DNA of 64,000 nucleotides from a virus, in IMG/VR virus record IMGVR_UViG_3300028608_000012, positions 13,792 to 77,791 of that record, one strand, 5' to 3'. Made by a program: the position numbers and the translations under genes. Below are positions 59,414 to 64,000 of the stretch, in pieces. The notes beneath the pieces were generated by a model that worked only from the letters and a program-made list of their open reading frames with translations, was not told the origin of the DNA and made no database searches. How positions within the stretch are numbered: position 1 is the first letter of the stretch; each line of letters begins with the position of its first letter.

Positions 59414-60022
59414 ATGTCTACAGTAGCGTTTGATGGTAAACGACTGGTTAGTGATTCTTCGATCTCGGTCGATAACACAGTCAGTCAAACTCCGTTCCGC
59501 AAGATCTTCACTCCGGATGATGACGGTGAGTATTGGGAGATCTGCGGGGTTAAGGCTGTGGCCTTTGCTACCGTCGGGTTGCCATGCAGTGGTCGTGAAC
59601 TCCGTAAGGCGTTGCAGAAGGGTCTGGATGAGGACACAGATACCTCCTGCTTCACCGAACAGTTCGACGGCATTGTCATTGACGAGAACGGAGTAGCACA
59701 CCAACTCGTGGCCACCGCCAGGAACAAGGGCGGCCAAGAGATTATCCGGCTCCACTTCATTCCTACGATGGGGATGGTGGCAATTGGCTCTGGTGAACAA
59801 TATGCCATGGCGGTAATGTCTGTGGGCAAGTCTGCTCGGTCGGCTATCAAGGCGGCGATTGCTTTGAACATCGACACGGCAGGTTGTCTCCAGGTGTTCG
59901 AAGTACCACCGAAGCCTGAAACACCTTCCAAGCGTCCTGCGGTTAGCGTGGAGGCGATAGAAGCAAAACTCGCCCAAGTCGAGAAAGAACTTGACAAGCT
60001 TGAAGCTGCTGTAATGTCGTAA
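59414..60022 (+). CDS. HslV/proteasome-beta-like Ntn hydrolase, paralog 2
   Basis: Ser1-Thr2; SDSS, RKI, IGSG..YA; clear paralog of the preceding gene. Confidence 0.75.
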   Translation: MSTVAFDGKRLVSDSSISVDNTVSQTPFRKIFTPDDDGEYWEICGVKAVAFATVGLPCSGRELRKALQKGLDEDTDTSCFTEQFDGIVIDENGVAHQLVATARNKGGQEIIRLHFIPTMGMVAIGSGEQYAMAVMSVGKSARSAIKAAIALNIDTAGCLQVFEVPPKPETPSKRPAVSVEAIEAKLAQVEKELDKLEAAVMS

Positions 60023-60029
60023 ATCTTCT

Positions 60030-60480
60030 ATGCTATGTGAACTCGTGAGTTTGCTCCTGCTTGAAGATAGTTAGCCCTGGCGTACCCGCGGGAATAGTTT
60101 GGAGTCCCCTACCCGCAACAGTCGGTTGTCCCCCATTAACGACCGGCTGTCCTGACAAGTTATCGTTGGGAAAAGCTCCACCTGCCAAAGATATTTCCAT
60201 CGTACCCGCCTGCCTTAGGGTGGCCGGGTGCGGTGGGACTATTTTGCATTTTGTTTTTTCACCAGGTAGATATATTTTATACTTGCACACGTCATCCGGG
60301 TTTTCTCGTAGCTGGGTTTTCTGGATGGAGTGGATTGGAGGTGGGTCCTACTGTCCTTCGGTTAGCAAGTACCCCTTCACAGGCGTTAAGTCTTTTGCTG
60401 AGGACAACCTCTGTCGCGGAGTAACTCGGGCATGCCGAGGACTCTATTTGCGGCAGGGGTTCTTTTTCACCTGGGGGGCG
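60030..60480 (+). ncRNA. Candidate structured non-coding RNA
   Basis: No credible ORF; at least six stems, most with G-U pairs on the + strand. Confidence 0.45.
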
Positions 60481-60525
60481 ATTCTTAGAGGGATGTAGGC
60501 AATGGGTTGAAGTCATGTAAAAAGA

Positions 60526-60542
60526 TTTCAAGCCTACATTAC
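60526..60542 (+). promoter_or_regulatory. Early promoter for phuZ
   Basis: TTTCAAGCC-TACATTAC, 16/17 identical to the motif at 35331. Confidence 0.7.
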
Positions 60543-60604
60543 CTGTGTGTTGACCTAATTGGTCTAACGAATTCTTTCAATCGGTAACTCAAAGAGAACA
60601 TCAC

Positions 60605-61606
60605 ATGAACAATGCAAACACTTCCGATCTGGCTTATTTCCTCTGCGGTGGTACCGGTATCAACATCGGCGTGGCTCTGAAGAAGGGTACTCACACCGAC
60701 AACAACAAAAACGCTTTCTACGTCGGCCTGGATTCCTCCGACCGCAACAGCTCGCACGATCTCTTCGAAGTTGTGCAGATGTCCGTGGCCAACGACCCTG
60801 ACCAGAAAGCTTCGGGCTCTGGTAAAGTCAAGGCGACCAACTACCCACAAGCTGAGCAGTTCGTTACCCAGTTCCTGACCAACCACAAGCCGCGCAAGTT
60901 CAACATCGTCGTCTGCTCCACCGGCGGCGGTACTGGCAGCATGTTGGCATTCGTGCTGGCGCGCATGCTGTTCGAACGCGATCAACTGGTCGTGCTGTGC
61001 TTCATCAACGACAAGACCTCCCAGGTCGAAGAAATCAACGTCGTGAACAGCTACCGTTCGTACGCGTCGCTGACCACCCCGAACTCCCTGAACCGCGTTG
61101 TGCCGTACATGGAATTCGACAACACCCTGACCAACACCCGTGGTGAAGTCAACCAGATGGTGATCGACAAGCTCGATGTGGCCAGCCTGTTCCTGACCAA
61201 CGACAACAAGGAACAAGACCACACCGACCTGAAGAACCTGCTGAACTTCTCCAAGTACTACGGCGTTCCTCCGTCCATGTCGCGCATTCGCTTCTACGAC
61301 GAGAAGGGCGTTACCGAGTTCAACGGTAAAGTGCCGGTGGCCGTATCGTCTCTGTTCGACAGCAGCGATGCAGTTATCCCGCGCTTCAATGGCACCGTGA
61401 TCCGTTCCACTGGTGTGTTCGCCGACGGCGTCAAGCGTCCAAGCAACGCCCAGGAACTGCACATGGTCCTGGACCACGGCGAAGCAATGAAAGAGCTGGA
61501 GCGTCACATCGAAGCGATGGAAAACCGCAAGGTTGAAACCCAGTCGACCTTCGTCCAGCAGAAAGACCTGTCGGCCGGTGCTGACGACAAAGGCTTCTTC
61601 ATGTAA
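60605..61606 (+). CDS. phuZ: Phage tubulin PhuZ
   Basis: CGGTGINIG, LDSS, GSGK, tubulin signature GGGTGS, acidic/aromatic C-terminal tail DDKGFFM. Confidence 0.93.
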   Translation: MNNANTSDLAYFLCGGTGINIGVALKKGTHTDNNKNAFYVGLDSSDRNSSHDLFEVVQMSVANDPDQKASGSGKVKATNYPQAEQFVTQFLTNHKPRKFNIVVCSTGGGTGSMLAFVLARMLFERDQLVVLCFINDKTSQVEEINVVNSYRSYASLTTPNSLNRVVPYMEFDNTLTNTRGEVNQMVIDKLDVASLFLTNDNKEQDHTDLKNLLNFSKYYGVPPSMSRIRFYDEKGVTEFNGKVPVAVSSLFDSSDAVIPRFNGTVIRSTGVFADGVKRPSNAQELHMVLDHGEAMKELERHIEAMENRKVETQSTFVQQKDLSAGADDKGFFM

Positions 61607-61621
61607 CACAGCTTAGCGGTT

Positions 61622-61657
61622 TATAAGGTACCTGGGGTGATTCCCAGGTACCTTATA
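61622..61657 (+). terminator. Terminator hairpin after phuZ
   Basis: TATAAGGTACCTGGG...CCCAGGTACCTTATA. Confidence 0.85.
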
Positions 61658-61739
61658 GCTTCTATGTTGTTTTTTAATATCTTTTTCCACCGCCATACTC
61701 ATTCTTATGAGGAATGGTTTTTATAAAGGGGTCTAGAAG

Positions 61740-62036
61740 GTGTCTAGAAGCTTCGCTCTGGATTTAAAATCCTATACCCTACTCGTACCAGTGGGTGGAA
61801 GTCAAGTGGTCCTGAAACGGGCAATGAACACGCTTGATATACATTCGCTTCTCGTCGATGAGGGGTTTAATTCATTCGAGGTCGCCAGGGGTTACTATCG
61901 TCCCTGGGGAAATGACATTAATTCGTTAAGGGATCAGATTTCTAGTAAGCTGTTGGGGGTACCTAGAGATGCGCTGGTCAAAATACAGACATTCGGGAAA
62001 CTCCGAGAACAAGTACTGGTTATTCTGAAATACTAA
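61740..62036 (+). CDS. Hypothetical protein (98 aa)
   Basis: GTG start; first gene of the downstream cluster. Confidence 0.5.
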   Translation: MSRSFALDLKSYTLLVPVGGSQVVLKRAMNTLDIHSLLVDEGFNSFEVARGYYRPWGNDINSLRDQISSKLLGVPRDALVKIQTFGKLREQVLVILKY

Positions 62037-62049
62037 GAAGGGGCACGCA

Positions 62050-62601
62050 GTGATCAGATACGACGTCATGAACTTGGCTAATAGCTTTGTCATGGAAGTG
62101 GAAGATATTCCAGCAGTCAGGGAATCAATCGCTGTACGGATGCTGGAAGCCGCAGTAGAGATGATCAATCATCCATCGCGCACGGACAGCATTCTTGACC
62201 AACTGGGGAATGTGTACGAAACGCATTATGAGATGCTCACACCGGATCTCGTAATCATCAAGGTAAAAGAAAGCCTGGAAAAGGAAATGAAACGGCGGTC
62301 ATGGGATTCGCGCTTGAAGGTTCAAGTCAAGTTCAAGAAAGTCTCCCATGCGTTTCATCAGGCCTTTATTGATATGGACCTGGATGCTACGTTGAGAGCT
62401 GCAGCTAAACCCAAACCTGTTCGTAAGGTTACACGGGCAAAACTAACGGCAGATACTATCAACGATAATCCATGTCAGGAGACTCTCAATGAATTCCTTG
62501 AAACTGTTGAGCGTCGGAGTATTCGGCGAACTCCGCAGCTTTCAGATCGACAACCGACAGCTGTTAGAGAACCTTTTGAGCGAGATCGGCACACTCAGTA
62601 A
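62050..62601 (+). CDS. Hypothetical protein (183 aa)
   Basis: ORF, GTG start. Confidence 0.65.
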   Translation: MIRYDVMNLANSFVMEVEDIPAVRESIAVRMLEAAVEMINHPSRTDSILDQLGNVYETHYEMLTPDLVIIKVKESLEKEMKRRSWDSRLKVQVKFKKVSHAFHQAFIDMDLDATLRAAAKPKPVRKVTRAKLTADTINDNPCQETLNEFLETVERRSIRRTPQLSDRQPTAVREPFERDRHTQ

Positions 62602-62986
62602 CGATTACGTTCCCCATCTTCATAAAGAGATGGCGTGGGGGTTGCTTGAGATGGGTATTGAGCAGCTCCAACAATCGAAAGGCAAAAACCTTTACGACTG
62701 TCGCTACAATCAGAAGGCTGTGCGCTGCTTTACGTATGCAGACGAGTTAGAGGATAAGCTATCTGAAATCGTCTCACACCTCTGCACGCAGATCGGCAAT
62801 GCTACCAATAAAACATCACCGGATCATCCCTTTGTATACCAGATCCTAGCAAACGGTGATTTGTTGGTCTACATGGATGTCAGAGACTTCGAGCCTCTGG
62901 CAAGTGATACCTTTAGTCAGGAGGAATGCGGCGATGAGCAAGATATTAGGCTTGGCCCTCGGCTGCATCCCGATAGCCTTTGGTGA
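62489..62986 (+). CDS. Hypothetical protein (165 aa)
   Basis: AGGAG RBS before ATG 62489; overlaps the previous gene by 113 nt. Confidence 0.65.
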   Translation: MNSLKLLSVGVFGELRSFQIDNRQLLENLLSEIGTLSNDYVPHLHKEMAWGLLEMGIEQLQQSKGKNLYDCRYNQKAVRCFTYADELEDKLSEIVSHLCTQIGNATNKTSPDHPFVYQILANGDLLVYMDVRDFEPLASDTFSQEECGDEQDIRLGPRLHPDSLW

Positions 62987-63302
62987 GCGTGGGTTCCATC
63001 CCAATGAAACAATTAACCTGATCACACTGTTAATGGGAGTGTGCAGGCATAATGAGGTGGATTACATTCCCTCGGTTATCGCGGAGTTTATTCGCACGGA
63101 GATGGATCTGGATCCGCTACACGCCCAGATCCTTATCCTGGATACCCTGCCTACGTTAATAGACGTGGGCACACAATTCAGAAGGATGGCCGCCACAGGC
63201 TGTCTGCAACGTTATGTTGTACACCGACACATCATTTTAATGGAAGTTGACGATGACTACCAAGACCATTACACACACAGTGATGCTCCCCCCAAATACT
63301 GA
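62934..63302 (+). CDS. Hypothetical protein (~122 aa)
   Basis: AGGAGG RBS before ATG 62934. Confidence 0.65.
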   Translation: MSKILGLALGCIPIAFGERGFHPNETINLITLLMGVCRHNEVDYIPSVIAEFIRTEMDLDPLHAQILILDTLPTLIDVGTQFRRMAATGCLQRYVVHRHIILMEVDDDYQDHYTHSDAPPKY

Positions 63303-63564
63303 CGTCACGCAATTCATAGGTGTTCATCGCAACCTTATGGAGTCAATGCAAATTCCGCACTCGCTGAGTTTCTTTGATTCCGCTGAGAGTTTCACGCACC
63401 CGATTGAAGAGTGTCAGAAGCAGTTGACCACGGCGTTCTTCGAATTCTTCCGTCAATTGCAAGACCTGAAATCCACTTACGGATCGGTAACCTGTACTAA
63501 CGCCACGGTGGGTAACAGCACGGTAACCTTCGTCTTTACCTATCAAGTACCGTCCTCTGCATAA
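63253..63564 (+). CDS. Hypothetical protein (~103 aa)
   Basis: ORF overlapping the previous gene. Confidence 0.6.
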   Translation: MTTKTITHTVMLPPNTDVTQFIGVHRNLMESMQIPHSLSFFDSAESFTHPIEECQKQLTTAFFEFFRQLQDLKSTYGSVTCTNATVGNSTVTFVFTYQVPSSA

Positions 63565-63574
63565 AGAGAGCATC

Positions 63575-63934
63575 ATGTGGAAACGCATCCTACCCATTGA
63601 CTACGAAGAGCTGGCCGACCACTTGTTGGCGTCCTATGCCATGGATTGCATGGACTGGCCCGCTGAGCCATTTGATTTTCAGATGGCAAAAAATGTACTG
63701 ATCGATCATGTGGAAGCCATCATGGAAGACGGCGAGTGTTGCGAAGACGCATACCTAACCGATGTGTTGTTCAAGCACCACATCCATGGATCGGTTAAAT
63801 CCATCCACGTAACGAGCCTCCCAGGCACGGTCGTATTTCGAGACGGACATCCTTTGAAGCTTCCGTTAGTTATTATCGAACTCGATTCGCAAGGAGACCT
63901 CCCGTATGGCAACCCCCAATCCTTCACGTGGTGA
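63575..63934 (+). CDS. Hypothetical protein (119 aa)
   Basis: Acidic operonic ORF. Confidence 0.65.
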   Translation: MWKRILPIDYEELADHLLASYAMDCMDWPAEPFDFQMAKNVLIDHVEAIMEDGECCEDAYLTDVLFKHHIHGSVKSIHVTSLPGTVVFRDGHPLKLPLVIIELDSQGDLPYGNPQSFTW

Positions 63935-64000
63935 CATCGTTTCATTTCAGCTGGTAAAGAACGGCATCAACGGTGGAGATCGTGTCGACGTTAAAGTTGA
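63906..64000 (+). CDS. 5' part of a gene running off the window (MATPNPSRGDIVSFQL...)
   Basis: AAGGAG RBS; frame open to the window edge. Confidence 0.6.
   Translation, partial: MATPNPSRGDIVSFQLVKNGINGGDRVDVKV

Noticed and set aside
60088-60122. Cobalamin-riboswitch-like words (GGGAA...CCCGCAACAGT), and a hammerhead-like CTGAGGA near 60398
   Set aside because: The remaining conserved elements are missing (riboswitch core and B12 box; GAAA after stem II).
60222-60236. GGCCGGGTGCGGTGG resembles the 5' end of Alu/7SL RNA
   Set aside because: A short chance match that forms the 3' arm of a local hairpin; no SRP features follow.
60033-60531. Short ORFs in the gap upstream of phuZ (60061-60498 +, 60033-60290 -, 60292-60531 -)
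   Set aside because: No clear RBS, atypical codons and Pro/Gly/Cys-rich composition; RNA structure explains the region better.
1-64000. tRNA, rRNA, CRISPR arrays, IS elements and genetic-code reassignment
   Set aside because: None seen by eye: no cloverleafs, spaced repeats or transposase motifs, and ORFs are intact in the standard code. tRNAscan-SE and a CRISPR finder were not run.

Overview
This window is part of a phiKZ-related (Chimalliviridae-like, probably nucleus-forming) jumbo myophage genome. Its gene order resembles Salmonella phage SPN3US as I recall it, and the host is probably a Pseudomonad (inferred from the PL7 alginate lyase). Core genes: RNase H-like protein, UvsX/RecA, four split virion RNA polymerase subunits, a 2677-aa tail protein with GH19 and M15 peptidoglycan hydrolase domains, an endolysin, the prohead protease, Nudix hydrolase, dTMP kinase, tail tube, tail sheath, baseplate proteins, an intein-containing terminase, two tandem HslV/Ntn proteases and the tubulin PhuZ. 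Best leads: (1) a class-3-type (W-C-T) intein in the terminase P-loop that starts with Tyr; (2) a probable membrane-protein gene overprinted in the +1 frame of the virion RNAP beta gene, upstream of the endolysin; (3) a ~500-nt highly structured non-coding region between the protease pair and phuZ; (4) several intact ORFs with enzyme folds but missing catalytic residues (RNase H, HD, TMK, SLOG); (5) a small island of candidate anti-defence and anti-biofilm genes. All homology calls come from motifs and remembered gene order; no database search was run.
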